Assembly (NCBI RefSeq): GCF_963676685.1
Contig: NC_092357.1
Location: forward strand, 47,802,001-47,866,000
Origin: Mytilus edulis
Lineage: Eukaryota
Length of the DNA stretch: 64,000 bases
Reading direction: 5' to 3'
Shown here: piece after piece, positions 13,820 through 26,989 of the stretch
Layout: every line of letters begins with the position of its first letter
Position numbering within the stretch: the first letter of the stretch is position 1
The notes under the pieces: generated by a model
Told to the model about the DNA's origin: nothing
The model's database searches: none
The model's input: only the letters and a program-made list of their open reading frames with translations
Position numbers and translations under genes: made by a program

Positions 13820-14601
13820 CTGAAATTCAAAGTTACATTATTACTTTCTTAGAAAGAAGAGTAAAATCAGTTACATTTGTTTAATGTTTCAGGTCAATGT
13901 AAATTGAAAATAATAACAGTCTTCACGTTGAGTGGCAGCCCAGGCTGGTAAAATTGCTCTCGGGCCTGTAAAAATCAGACCTACAGGCCAACAGAATCTA
14001 TCTAAAAATTTTCAAAAATTGAGCTGTGGGCCTTTAGATTTAGCAGTTCAGCGTGAAGGCTGTAATAACACAAACAGACATTAGTAAGAAAGGTTTATTT
14101 GCCTGATTAAAGTTTAATTACATGCATGCCAAATTACTAATCAAACTAACACTTTAGAGTAAAGATTGCTTTCAAACAATGAATTGTAATATTAATCTGA
14201 GTTAGAGTTATCTTCCTTTGTACATGACCTATCTTTTTAACAGATTCATATGTTTTACAATTTTGAATTAAAAAAAAGGTGTTCTAGACAAGTATGGTAA
14301 TTCAAACACACATCTAATTGTAACCTCAATTTCTAAGGATTGATCACTTCACTGCACTCTTTTATTTAAAGGGAGTCTTGTATATGTCAAGTACCATAGG
14401 TTTTATAGAATATATCAAATCAATTTATGCTTTCAATTTTTGAATATTTTCTTAAAGTTTGGATAAAATCAAAAAATAAATCAGAATTTACAAAAAAATA
14501 CCTGTTATGTATGTATGGATGATATCAATCTATAAAATCAACCTTTCAACATATCTTAACAAGTATTTAGTTGAATTCTGATCAAAGCTAAATAAAATTA
14601 C

Positions 14602-14694
14602 CGTAAATGAGCTCGGAGATGTGATGTCTTTCCATAAACTTTGTTACAGCCAGGTATATGACAAATATGTTGTTTCTTTTTGTTTTCGCCCGTC
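14602..14694 (-). CDS. Sp1-4: Sp1-4 exon 4: most of zinc finger 1
   Basis: TTTCAG acceptor; [27 protein letters not shown]; GTAATT donor, phase 2. Confidence 0.95.
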
Positions 14695-15164
14695 CTGAAA
14701 AAGAAAAAATTCAAACGTACATTAACAATGATGAAATAAAAAGAACACATGTAGACAAATTCTTTAATTATAGGCCATCATCACAAGAATAAACTATGTT
14801 TGCCACGTAAATAGTACTGCACTTTCAATTGGCATCTGATTGGAAATAAAAAAAAATTGTCAAAATATTGTACAAATATCGCGATGAGTATGTCTACAGA
14901 TTGCACATCAACAAATTTTTTAGTCTGTCCCAAGCCAGGAACATGCGATCTATATGTACTTGTTTTTTGCTTATTTTTTTGTACATGTACATAAATGTAC
15001 ATTTAATTAATCAGGCCGTTGAATTTCTAGTTGGATTTGTTTCATCAAGCGAGATCCTTTTTATAGTTAAATATGTGTATTGTTCATTTTTTAATGCCTT
15101 ACTCTAAAACAGTGATCTTAAGTTGCATCTTCTTATATTAACAAAGCTTAGCCTTATATCCTAC

Positions 15165-15360
15165 CTTCCTTCATTGTCTTTGCAGTTCGGACAGGTACAA
15201 GCTACCCTCCGTAACCGTCTGCCAGGTGTGCCACTGTCTTGTATGATTTGTTCTCCTTTGTATTGTGGGCTAAGGGAGGTAACTTGGTTTGTCTGTGTGG
15301 TAGGTACAATCTGCCATTTAGTTGGGTCATTGGGATCTTGTTGTATTGTAGTTGGCTGAC
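15165..15360 (-). CDS. Sp1-4: Sp1-4 exon 3: includes Buttonhead box
   Basis: TTTTTAG acceptor; QQDPNDPTKWQIV...RRLRRVACTCPNCKDNEG; GTAGGA donor, phase 2. Confidence 0.95.
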
Positions 15361-16212
15361 CTAAAAATATATAGCAAATTTTATACATGTTCAAATACTA
15401 TTCAATTTTTGAGTTGAGAAATTTTGCTGTTTAAAATAAAGCATGTAACATGTACAAAATGATATAGCTAGAAGTGATGTAAACATATATTTAGACTTAT
15501 TGGAACAACTTACAATTAAAAATAATATTTTGTAACATAAGTCATGTAAGTATTTCTTATCTTTAAATAACACTTCTTTTTTGTTAGCAGTTAAACATGG
15601 TTAAGCTGTACAAAATATTGGGATATATTTACCAGTAGTTATTTATTATTTTATAAACATTGTAAAAGTTCACTGATTAAAATATCTGTATTATTTTATA
15701 AAAGTTTACTACAGTAATTAAAATATCTAAATCAAATGTATCACCTTTTTTTGTGCAGTGAAGATGTACTGAGCATAATGAGCCATGCTGCATTGCATTG
15801 ATGTTACAAAAATGTACTATGCCTTACATACATAGAATCAAACTTACCGGTACGTTTAGAGCCAAATATATGCATGATATAAAACATTGTACAGTGTACA
15901 GATTAAACTTTAAAAGTAATTTTCTCTTTTTTCTTTAATATGTCTTTAATTTGTACAATACGTTTTGATTAAAACTTTTAAAGTGAGTGTTGGTTTTATT
16001 TCAATGTGTAGATGTTTGCTGATGACAGATATTGGACAGACACGTGTATTATGTACATTTGTACATGTAATAAGAAAATCATATTAGTAAATTTTTTAAC
16101 AGACTATTTTCATCAGATTAAAGAAATCTTTGACATATTGCCTAATCACTATGAAAATAGTCTATTGACAAAAATCCACTATAAATAATGACTATTCACG
16201 TTAAAATCTTAC

Positions 16213-17908
16213 CTATAAGCTGTGAGGCGTTCACTTGTTGGTTCCCAGCTTGTTGTAGATTGATGTTGGTAACAGTTGCAGGGAAGGACTGAGGACTGGT
16301 TTGCTGTTGGTTGGTCTGATTTGACATAGCTAATGTGCCTTGTGGTGTCAACGTGACAGTTCCTAAATTCTGTGGAAAATTTGTACCTGTTGCAATTAAC
16401 TGTCCTGAAGGTGTCAACTGAAAGCCTTGGATACCACTGTTCTGCACAGTTTGAAAGTTTTGCATATTCTGCAAAGCCTGTAAATTTGGAACTTGTATTG
16501 TCTGAACTCCTTGTTGACGAATATTCGCAATATTTAAAGCATTGAGCCATGGATTGAGAACTTGGTTCTGTCCGTTTAACTGAACTCCTCCAACAGACTG
16601 GTTGGGCATTTGAATTGTAGCAAATTGTTGGGGCGTCATTATATTTTGAACATTTGATTGTTGTTGTTGTGATGATGCAACAGAAACTGTGTTTGTTGTT
16701 GCACCATTTGCTTGTGTTCCTGAACCTAAAATGAAGCTTTGCCCACTATTACCATTGGATACAGGAATAAGCTGTCCAGTTGCTGTATTTAGAACGAGTG
16801 ACGGCAGCTGTGATAAAATATTTGGTGTCAAATTTTGTCCTGGTGTCAATATTGTTTGTCCAGCAGCATTCTGCTGAACAGCTTGTAAAATTTGTTGATG
16901 TTGTTGGTTTGCTGGTTGTGAATTTACCACAGTTGCAGCCTGTTGTTGTGTTGAAGGTTTAGTATCCACTTCTGATGGAGCTCTTGTTACTGAAGCAATA
17001 TTTGGGTTAGCTTGGATTTCTATGTATTGTGGTTGTTGTTGTTGCTGCTGAATTTGTATTGATTGCGCACTTGTTGTTGCTGAAGAAACAGATGTCTGTG
17101 CTTGTCCCGCTTGTGTTGTCATGCCTCCATCTGACGTAGTAAACTGTTGCCCCAGTTGTTGCTGTTGAAATGCTGATACAGGAATACCCTGTACTGGAAT
17201 TTGAACTGTCTGCATTACGGTTTGTCCGTTAGCAGTTGACATGGGTATCTGTATGAAATTTGGAACGTTTGCCACTTGAAATTGATTTTGCGGCTGTTGC
17301 ACTTGTAAGGCCTGTAATATATTATTATTTTGTCGGACGCCAGACATACCTTGAACATTCCCCAAGTTAACAATATTACCACCTAAATTTAAAACATTAC
17401 CAAGGTTAGGTATCCCTTGTGCACCTGCACGAATTATTTGCCCTGATGGTGTGGCAAATAAAGTTTGTTGCTGTTGTTGATTTCCTGCAATAATCTGACC
17501 GTTATTACCAGATGCCATTGAAGAAGGAATAAGAATTGCTTCTTGACCGTCAACGTTGATCGTTTGAAATGGCTGTACGACATTGTATGACAGATTTCCC
17601 CCAGGGCCTGCTGTCGCTATTATCTGTGGCTGATTTGAGTTCACTGACTGTTGAACGAATTGACCTCCGCCCAATGATGAAAGGGGAATTCCAAAAGTTT
17701 GTTTACCACTCGAATCGACTACGGCACCGGCCGGAAGTTGTACCCAGCTGGGAACAACAACATCGCCACTCCCATTTCCATTAGCCCCAATGACTCGAAC
17801 CTGCTGTTGAGCACCATTTTGACTCTGTCCCTCCTCTTGATTATGTGGGGGAGCTCCAATCTTACTGCATGTTGCTGCTAGGAGAGCCAAAGGGGATGGC
17901 TGTGTTTC
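16213..17908 (-). CDS. Sp1-4: Sp1-4 exon 2: Sp box and glutamine-rich activation region
   Basis: TTTCAG acceptor; begins ETQPSPLALLAATCSKIG (Sp box); long Q/G/N-rich ORF; GTAAGA donor, phase 1. Confidence 0.95.
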
Positions 17909-18016
17909 CTGAAACGAGGCGGGGTCACAGATTAGGGGTGTGCATCACAATGGCCACCGCGAAGTTTTTTCGTCAATATTAACCGAAATTTGATTAAAAA
18001 TATAATTTTCACTTAC

Positions 18017-18079
18017 TTGCGTTGCTCCACCTGGAACAACATAGTCCTGGTTATTTTTCTTAGATGCTGTCGAGGTCAT
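18017..18079 (-). CDS. Sp1-4: Sp1-4 family transcription factor, coding exon 1 (MTSTASKKNNQDYVVPGGATQ)
   Basis: ATG at 18079, 21 codons, then GTAAGT donor; phase 0 joins in frame to the Sp box exon. Confidence 0.8.
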
Positions 18080-19301
18080 TAAGACTGTTTATTTTCTTAA
18101 AATAGCAAATACACAATTTTTTACAAACAAAAAATGGGCAGTCAACAAAGAAAGCAAGGTGCCCCTGTACTGTGGCTACCTTCCAAGCCGAATATTTTGG
18201 GATATTAAGACGCGTTATGATTTAGACAGTTTTATTGTTTTCTTTTTAATAGAAGTTCATAATTTTCAATTATTTAATATTTTTCTTTATTTTCAAAGAT
18301 ATTTAACTGCGTAATTTGTTAATAATTTGACGTTTGTCAGTAGAACTACATTTGATATCGGATTACATAATCAATATAATAGATGGTAAACCGGTGTCTG
18401 GCGTGGTATGTGAGCTTTGATTGACAGCTAGGCGTTGTAAGGGGCACGTGTTAATGTCTACTTTATCGACAACATCAAAGGAACTGTATTTTCCATCAGT
18501 GTAGAGGTACATAAGGGGATAATTACAAATGTTTTATAAAAGAGAAGGCTAAAACGAACGATAAATATGAAATAACAACGGTTTATTATGACATATCTAA
18601 TTTGATCTCTAATTTTGATATTTTATATGCACGATTACTGAAGTCGTTCTTTGTCAGTTGATCAACATGCCGTAGCGCAGAATTTTTTCTTATGTTTTAC
18701 GGTTTTTTTCCTAACGATTTTTTGTTGAATGGTTGAATCTGTTTCCTATTCAGACTTACTTTTGATCATCTAAATACTCAAAGCACAAAAAAAAAAAAAC
18801 AACCACAACAACGTTACGTGACAAAACCAATTTCTTTTTACTTAGACAGGGCGGGACTTCTGATCCCTGCATTATCCCCTGGATCCGCCCATGGAATGCG
18901 GACGATTTAAATTGAAGTGGAGTCGCCCACATTAAGAATTGTATAGTAAACAATCAATAGCCTTGCCCACATTATAATTAACAAAAACGTAGTTTATTTA
19001 TTATGTACATGGGACAATTAAATATTTGAACTGGCGTACGTACAACTTGATGAATGGTGTGAAAGCTTGGGACATGGACCCCCTTTTTACCTTTTTTTGT
19101 TTGTGTTTGATTTATCCATCGGGAATCGGGCTATATAAGAGTGTTTTTGTTATGCGTTTACTTTTCTGCATTGGCTAGAGGTATAGGGGGAGGGTTGAGA
19201 TCTCACAAACATGTTTAACCCCGCCGCATTTTTGCGCCTGTCCCAAGTCAAGAGCCTCTGGCCTTTGTTAGTCTTGTAATATTTTAACTTTTAGTTTCTT
19301 G

Positions 19302-21109
19302 GAGGGGGGGCAAGGGGGGGTCCCCATAACAACAAAACAGTGAATTGATTTGGTGAAAAACAGATAACAAGGAATTGAAAAGGTACAATAACAGATAACA
19401 GTAAATGAAATATGAAAATAATTCTGTCCAGGACCAATCCAGTAGATGACTCGTAGATCTTGGTATATAACTTGTGGTATGGACCTAGAAAATTGTAATT
19501 TGTGTAAACAAGACGTTTCGGCCGTTGAGGCAGTTCTGCCTTGGTTGATTTTTTTCCGTAACTTGTACAATAAGTTATAGTATGAATGTTGAATTTTTCT
19601 GAACGAAATTACTAGTTTCTGTTTTTGATATACGGATATTTTTAATCTAGGGCATTTGAGGGATCAATTTTTAATGATTTAGGTTTTTTTATTTAATTTT
19701 TGAAAGTAGTGCAGCCAGTGACACTTTATAATCAATTTGATTTTTAGATTTTTTATTTCTGAAAAGCAATATATATACTTTACAAGTAATAAAAAAAAAT
19801 CTATTTTTTGTATTAAATGACCTCATGATAAAACTTACTTATAAAATACAAAAATACCCAGATCAGTGGAGACAGGACATGTAACTGACACACGCATGCC
19901 AGTTATGGTTATTCTGATAATAGAAATTGACTCAAGTGACAATTGTGATAGTATAATAGAAATTGGACCTAGTGAACATTTGGATCACACCAAGTGAAAC
20001 ACCAATCATGCATCTTATGTGAAATTATAGAATATGTAAAATTTGGGTACAGCATTGGAGAAGCTGTAGGATTTTTAAAAGGGTACTTGTCGAAAAATTA
20101 AACTGAAGACACATCTTTATTTGCATCAATGGTTTCTGAGCTTCAATTTTCGCCATGTGAAGCAATTAAAAAGCTTTTAAAATTATGGTGGTCAGGGTTC
20201 TCTTTCTTGTAATCGAAAAGAGAAAAAGTAGCACTTCTTATAAATACTAAAAGAAAAAGATGTATAATTCCCAAAGACATAATTCAAACCCATACCACTT
20301 ATTAATGTAAAACAATTCAAAGGAGAAAACTAACTGCCTAATTTATCCACAAAATAGTGAACGAGAAACTTAGTAACACAGTAACAAACTACAAACACTG
20401 AATCCAGGCTCCTGACTTGGAAATAGGCACGTACAGAATGTAACTGCGTCAACTTAAGCATGCTAGTTGGTGTCCAATCCTCCCGTAATCAGGGACAGTG
20501 GTGTAATAGTACAGCATAGAGATTACTATATGGTCATTGAATAAAAAAAATCTATAGGGTGTACCAATGCTTTTTTTATAACAAAAGCCATACTATAAGT
20601 TAATGTACAAGTAATAATTGAATTCTAATTTGTACAAAATGCTACATGTTCACAGACAACGGAATTTATTACAAAGGATAATTATTATATCTACTGGAAT
20701 GGTCCTGGGTCCAATTGATTTTAATATGTTTATGTGATGTATGTTACTGAAATTCTTCTGCAAATACAGGACCACCCGATATTACCAGTAGAAAGACCCC
20801 AATAGATATGCATTGGAAGAAGATGTGGTAAGCGTGCCAATGAGACTATTATCCATTCAAATCACAATTTTCACTTATCTTCAATTTCCACGGAAGATTG
20901 GCTGTCAAAATGCTAACATTCCAATTTTCAATAACAGTTAACAGCAAATAGATTCTCACAATAACAGATAACAAAATAGATAATAGTCCTATAACAGCTA
21001 ACAAAGAATAAGACAATAACAGCCAACAGTAAATATATTTTCAGAATAACAGATAACAAAGAATTAAAATACCCCATAACAGCATAACAGTTAAACCCCT
21101 TGCCCCCTC
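19302..21109. mobile_element. Non-autonomous DNA transposon, ~1.8 kb, GAG...CTC termini
   Basis: TIR GAGGGGG(GG)CAAGGGG; flanking direct repeat TTTCTTG; subterminal ATAACAG repeats; interrupts another dispersed repeat. Confidence 0.8.
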
Positions 21110-22815
21110 TTTCTTGTGTACAATTTGGAGTTTAGTATGGTGTTCATTATCAATGAACTAGTATATATTTGTTTAGGGGCCAGCTGAATGACTCCTCCGG
21201 TTGGGAGAATTTTCTCTATTGCTGCTGGTGACCTTCTGCTGTTGTCTGCTCTATGGTTGAGTTGTAATCTCTTTGACACATTCCCCATTTCCATTCTCAA
21301 TTTTGAGAGATAGCCATATCTCTTTCACGTAAAAGAAACCCTTGTAGATTTCGAAAAACAGCAGGATAAGGCCGCTATAAGGCAGCACTCGCACCCCTAA
21401 AGTGGAAAGAGATTGATATAAGTTGCAATATAACTTGTTTACCAATCCCAAAAAAATAATAAATATAAATCAGTGAATATGTTTAAACCAATCTAGCCCC
21501 TAAATCCACCTCATTATAGTCGTTTTAGCTAAAATGTGATAATTTTTCTTTCATATTTGACTTTACTGTTAACGTACATTTGGACCCCATTATTGGCTTA
21601 ATTTACGTGAACTGATTGTGAAAAAAAGTCATAGAAGCTGTTAAACGCGGATTTAACTTGGCAGGTGGACAGGTCCCCTTATGGAGCTACATATATGCTT
21701 AATTCTCCTATTACTTTCCCCACTCCAAAATGTTGTAACGTTTGTCCTTTTCATAAACCTGAATCCGAATCTGGCTTTATGAAAATTTAGGAGGTAGATA
21801 TAAGAAGATGTGGTATGGATGCCAACGAAACAACTCTCCACCAAAGTCACAACTTGTAAAAATAAACCATTATAGGTTAAAGTATGGTCTTCAACACGGA
21901 GCCTTGACTCACACCGAACAGAAAATTATAAAGAACCTCAAAAATGACTAGTGTAAAACCATTCAAACAGGAAAACTGACTATCTAATCTATATAAAAAA
22001 AATCGAGAAACGAGAAACACTTATGAACCACATCAACAAACCATACAACCACTGCATGAAATCAGGTTCCTTGGAGAGGGACGAAAGATGCCAAAGGGAA
22101 AGCCAAACTCATAGATATAAAATAATTGACAACGCCATGGCTAAAAATAAAAAGACAAACAGACATACAACAGTACAGAAGATACAACATGAAAAACTAA
22201 AGACTTAGCAACACTAACCCCACCAAAAACTGAGGGTGATCTCAGGTGCTCCGGAAGGGTAAGCAGATCCTGCTCCACATGTGGCACCTGACTTAGGACA
22301 GATGCAAACAAATGCAACGGGTTTGCGCGTTTTAATAGGTACCAACTTCCAACCTTACCTGAAACAATAGTGCAGGGTGCGGATTAATTTCTATATTCCT
22401 AATTTTTTTTCCAATTTTTTGCCCGTTATTCTCTTTTCCTTATACTTTAGCACCTCGGTCAATAATCCTTATTTTTCATTTTGTTGCTACGTATTTCTCT
22501 ATTCTTGCTATTTTTGGTGATGGACTGATTGACGTGTTTAGACATTTGATTAAATGTGCAAATTTCTCAAAACAAGTAAAGATTAACATTCAAAGGCAGT
22601 TGGCACAACGAGAATATGCCTCAAGGATAAACGAAAATTATACTGAAATATCTTCCACAGATGAAACAAAGATTTGTAGTTTCCGCTTAAGGGCCTCAAA
22701 GGTCAAACATTTTTGACATGACAATAACATTAATAATTTGATATTAAAAGATTAAATCATTTAACAACTCTTTTTCTAAGGTCTAAGCTAATATTCCCAA
22801 AAATAGTCACATGGT

Positions 22816-22935
22816 GGTGTAAGTGATCTAATACGATATATATGGGGTCAGTAAATTCAATATGGGGAGCGAAGCTCGAATACCCATATGGCATTTACTG
22901 ACCCCATATGTATCGTATTAGGTCACTAACACACC
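22816..22935. repeat. Foldback palindrome (~120 bp)
   Basis: CTAATACGATATATATGGGGTCAGTAAAT / ATTTACTGACCCCATATGTATCGTATTAG. Confidence 0.8.
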
Positions 22936-24332
22936 GTGTAACGAATTTATCTTACCGACTATCTTCACACTATAGCGGCCTATCAAAGTCATTTTACCGA
23001 AGGACTTCAATACTTAGTTTTAACATGTTGAGGAACCTACGTACATTGGTCTATACAAAAAACAAATGCTAACAATAACAACGTGTTAGCTTTAAATTTG
23101 TTTTATGAATATATTTCAATTGTTTTTTATCAGTTTCGTCGTCTGTTTAAACCGTTCAGATGTCATTTTTGTTTTGAATGGGAAGTAAATCCTTACTAAC
23201 CCCATATGGTTGCTAACCCTTATTTGGTAACTAACCATGTATTTTCAGGACTCCCTGTATCAAATAAACATGGTCACCACGTGTAGTCCTTTGATTAACC
23301 ATTCATATCTCTAGGAGGGAAGATAAATTATAATACACTATGCAATTATGGCTATAATATATAATGTATGCGAAATTACATATATATATAAAATAAGAAA
23401 ATGATCATGCGGTATGATTGCCAATGAGACAACCAGCAGAGACCAAATTAATTAGTACATAGAAGCTAACAACAATAAGTCTTCGTGCGGCCTTGAACTA
23501 TGAAAAACCCCATACTGTTTAATAGCCTTATAATTCTGCTTGGACTGTCAACATTGTTGAAGTTACTATAAACTTTTGCAATGCTATAGACAACACATGT
23601 TTCATTTACGGATCCGAGAGGGGTTTGGTGGTGGGTGGGTGGAACGGTGGAAATATTTGTTGGTGATATTATACTGTGAAATACCATATCAACTTAGCTC
23701 TGTTTGTGACCGATGTAAGGAAATACATAACCCTGTAAAATTTCTCCTTTGTTCAAAATTCCTAAACAATGCGAGGTAATTTTTAAAAAATCCCTTTGAT
23801 TCTATGGAAATATGTAAAACTGACTCAATATATTCAATGGCTTAATACCCCCCCTTTTTTTGGCAAAAATTAAAACAAATATTGAAAAATAGGGTCTGGT
23901 TGGGGTATACAGGATAAAAAAAGAGAAAATGAGAAAAAAAAACCAACAAAGAACAGAATAATGTATACAAAATAATTGTGGAATATAAAACAATTGGGAG
24001 GTAAAAATACAGAATTGAACGATGTGTAAAATAAGAAATCATTTAATAAAAGAAAGAATTAATTGAGAAGCTATCATTTAGACAAAAGAATATGTTTTTA
24101 CATTAATTTAAACCATTTCTCATATTTTTGTGCTATTTTCACATTTCTTGTCTCGAGTGCAGACATATCGTAAGTTAACACACTTTTTGCAGTTATAGAT
24201 CTATATGAGAAATATCCTGATTTTATGGATAATGATAAATGAAGACAACACATTTTTATCTTTATTGTGAGAATTTTGAAAGCTTAATTTTGCAGAAAGA
24301 AAACAGCATAATTGTACTCATCTACCCACCGA

Positions 24333-24467
24333 GGCTTATTTAGTTGGTCAGACGTGGTTTTACTATAATGGTGGTCACTATCCTATGTAAAACAAACACA
24401 GTGGTGTTTTATATAGGATAGAGACCGCCACTGACAGTAAAACCTCGTCTGACCCACGAAACAAGCC
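24333..24467. repeat. Imperfect foldback palindrome (~135 bp)
   Basis: GGTCAGACGTGGTTTTACT..TATCCTAT / ATAGGATA..AGTAAAACCTCGTCTGACC. Confidence 0.75.
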
Positions 24468-24984
24468 GGTAAAAAGAATATAGTTATTGAAATAATCAGA
24501 GTTATCTCTCTTTATTCACTATCAAGAAGTCCATTTATCGGGATCACAGAAAGTATTCAAAATTGTACCCGACCCCTTTCATCCTTGCAATAACAAACCT
24601 TAACCGTAAATTGTAGCCAATAATCACCTTTGATTATTTTCAGCATTTCACTGTTCCAACTTCCCTTCGTTTTTCCCCTTTTACGTGATTTGTTCTGGGT
24701 TTTTTTTAATGATGTTTTGTTTATTTTTAATACTTTTTTTGCTTGTAGTTTTGTAAGTATTAACAAAAAACAATTCTTGAATGAACCCGATTCTTGAAGT
24801 ATTTTTTTCCGGTAGTGTATTTAAAAATCAAAAATAATACACTATGGTTTCGTATCCCGTGGAATAAGTATACTTGTGTGAAGAATTGAGGAAGGTCTTT
24901 ACGCCGGAAAGTAAGTAAGTTTAAACCTTCACTTTATATTTTATTTCCAAGAAAACAAGGGTCACAATCGATTTCGTGTAAGCT

Positions 24985-25012
24985 GTTGCGACAGACAACT
25001 AAGATCGTAAGT
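24985..25012 (+). promoter_or_regulatory. Putative end of the non-coding first exon of TRIM copy 1
   Basis: GTTGCGACAGACAAC followed by GTAAGT donor; same 15-mer and a donor lie upstream of copy 2. Confidence 0.5.
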
Positions 25013-25759
25013 AAATATTTTTTATTTTTTAGGTAAGCATACACCATCCCTTGATACATATGCACATACTAGATTGATCATGTGAACCATTTTATTTTTA
25101 TTTTTGAAAAGCAGGAAGATTTTTGGACCAAATATAAATTTTAATGTTCAAGTTTTGTTTTTAATTTCCATTTAAGTTCAATTTTAAAGATAAACTAAAA
25201 TAGCGTGTAAACAAGGAAGAAGGACATCATTTGCATAATTTGGTATGTTGATGAGACAAACCAAACTTACGTAAATACTGAAACCAACAATTTCACCTAA
25301 CGAAATTTCCTTCATTAATAATTATAAATAAAAGTTAGTCACTTGGAACTGCTGGCAAAATTACATGAAGTTAACTTGATGTGGTATGATTTTTGGTAAG
25401 CGTGACACGTGAAAAGTCAAATTATAAAGTGTGAAAACGGGAAAACAAAATCGGGCGGAACACGTGAAACTATAGGCGTTTTTATTACAATGATAAGCGG
25501 CATACGGAAATCTGACAAAACAATAATCTGGAGCCGGGATCAAAACCCCTCCCCAAATGAAGACCCCCTCTAAAATAGACAAAAGACACAAATTACCGAT
25601 CTTTCAGTATAAGGGGTTACTAATAGTAGCCAGTGAGGCTAAAAACCTTGATTGATATGTCAAGAAGAAAATTAACAGTTTTACTCACAGCTTTATAGCT
25701 CGATGTTCAACTACAGTAGTTGTACATATTTATGTTCGTATCGGCTAGTTTTATTTTAT

Positions 25760-26180
25760 TTCATCTAACCATCTGTATTGATCTAACCATCTGTATTTGA
25801 TCTAATCAATAGTATTTGATCTAACCATCTGTAATAATCTAACCACTAGTATTTGACCTAACCATCCGTATTTGTTCTAACAACCAGTATTTGATCTAAC
25901 TGTCTGTACTTAATTGATCTAACCAATGTAATTGATCTGACCATCCGTACTTGATCTAACCACCTGTACTTGATCTAACCACCAGTATTTGATCTAACCA
26001 CCAGCACTTGATCTAGCCACCAGTACTTGATCAAACTATCCGTATTTGATCTACCCACCAGTATTTTAATTAACTACTGTACAGTAGTTGTGAATATGTA
26101 TGTTCATATGCTAGTTTTATCTTATTTGATCTAACTATCCGTATTTGGTCTAACCATCCGTATTTGATTTAACCAATCCG
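25760..26180. repeat. Degenerate ~19-bp minisatellite
   Basis: Repeated GTATTTGATCTAACCATCC-like units. Confidence 0.85.
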
Positions 26181-26989
26181 TACGGAAAGCGCATCTGCTT
26201 TAAACTTGATTGGTGTACATGTGTCTAGTATCATAGTCTTAACGAAAGTGTGAATACTGTCTTAAACAATAGACCTCTATGACTGATTTGGGATATAGAA
26301 AATGCTAATTCCTGAAAAAGGCCTTGTTACAAGTGAGGCCTATGTTTGGATGTGCACTTTCGCTTCAATTATCGTACCTAGAATTACCATTATATTAATG
26401 GAAAATGGGACCTGCGACAAATCAGACAAAAATTAATAAATCTAAAGGCTTTGTTTTGTGTAGAGTTCCAAGCCTTTTGTACGTTGAAGAAACCTTGCCA
26501 CAACTATCATTTCCAGTGACAGTCCAACTTTTTAATTCTTATCCCGGTCCACTTACTTTGTAAAACTTGTTGTATTAATTGTAAAGCTGTTTTCGGTCTG
26601 AATATGAATGCAATATATGACACTGGATGTTAAGCAAGCACCATTCACCACACAGTTATACACAAATTAACATTGCTATAGTTTTTAATGATAGTTGCAA
26701 AAATAAGGACGGTAGGTGTATATTGTTTTGGTTAAGATATGCGTGGTTAAAAGCAAATGATCACAGTTCAATGATGATTCATCTACTAATTCGGGTACGA
26801 TTTACAATTTTAAGAGGTCTTACCCTGTAGGCTAACAGCCTAATAGCCTATTGTGATTAAATAACACTGCGTTATCGTAGTCTCAGATACAAATAATGGT
26901 GTCAACATGGTATTGTTCCTCAGTTTTAGTTGTGTTCAGAATTTTTAGTTGAACTCTGCATGCTTATTGATATGAATGTGCTGTTTTTT

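Noticed and set aside
10465-13852. 1093-aa and 1123-aa Cys/His-rich ORFs, and minus-strand repeat ORFs, as novel repeat proteins
   Set aside because: They arise because the 81-bp unit is a multiple of 3 and lacks stops in several frames; the region is an intron of the Sp gene and the unit derives from its exon-intron junction.
16196-17890. 564-aa stand-alone Q-rich gene
   Set aside because: It is exon 2 of the spliced Sp gene; the ORF start and end are outside or inside true exon limits.
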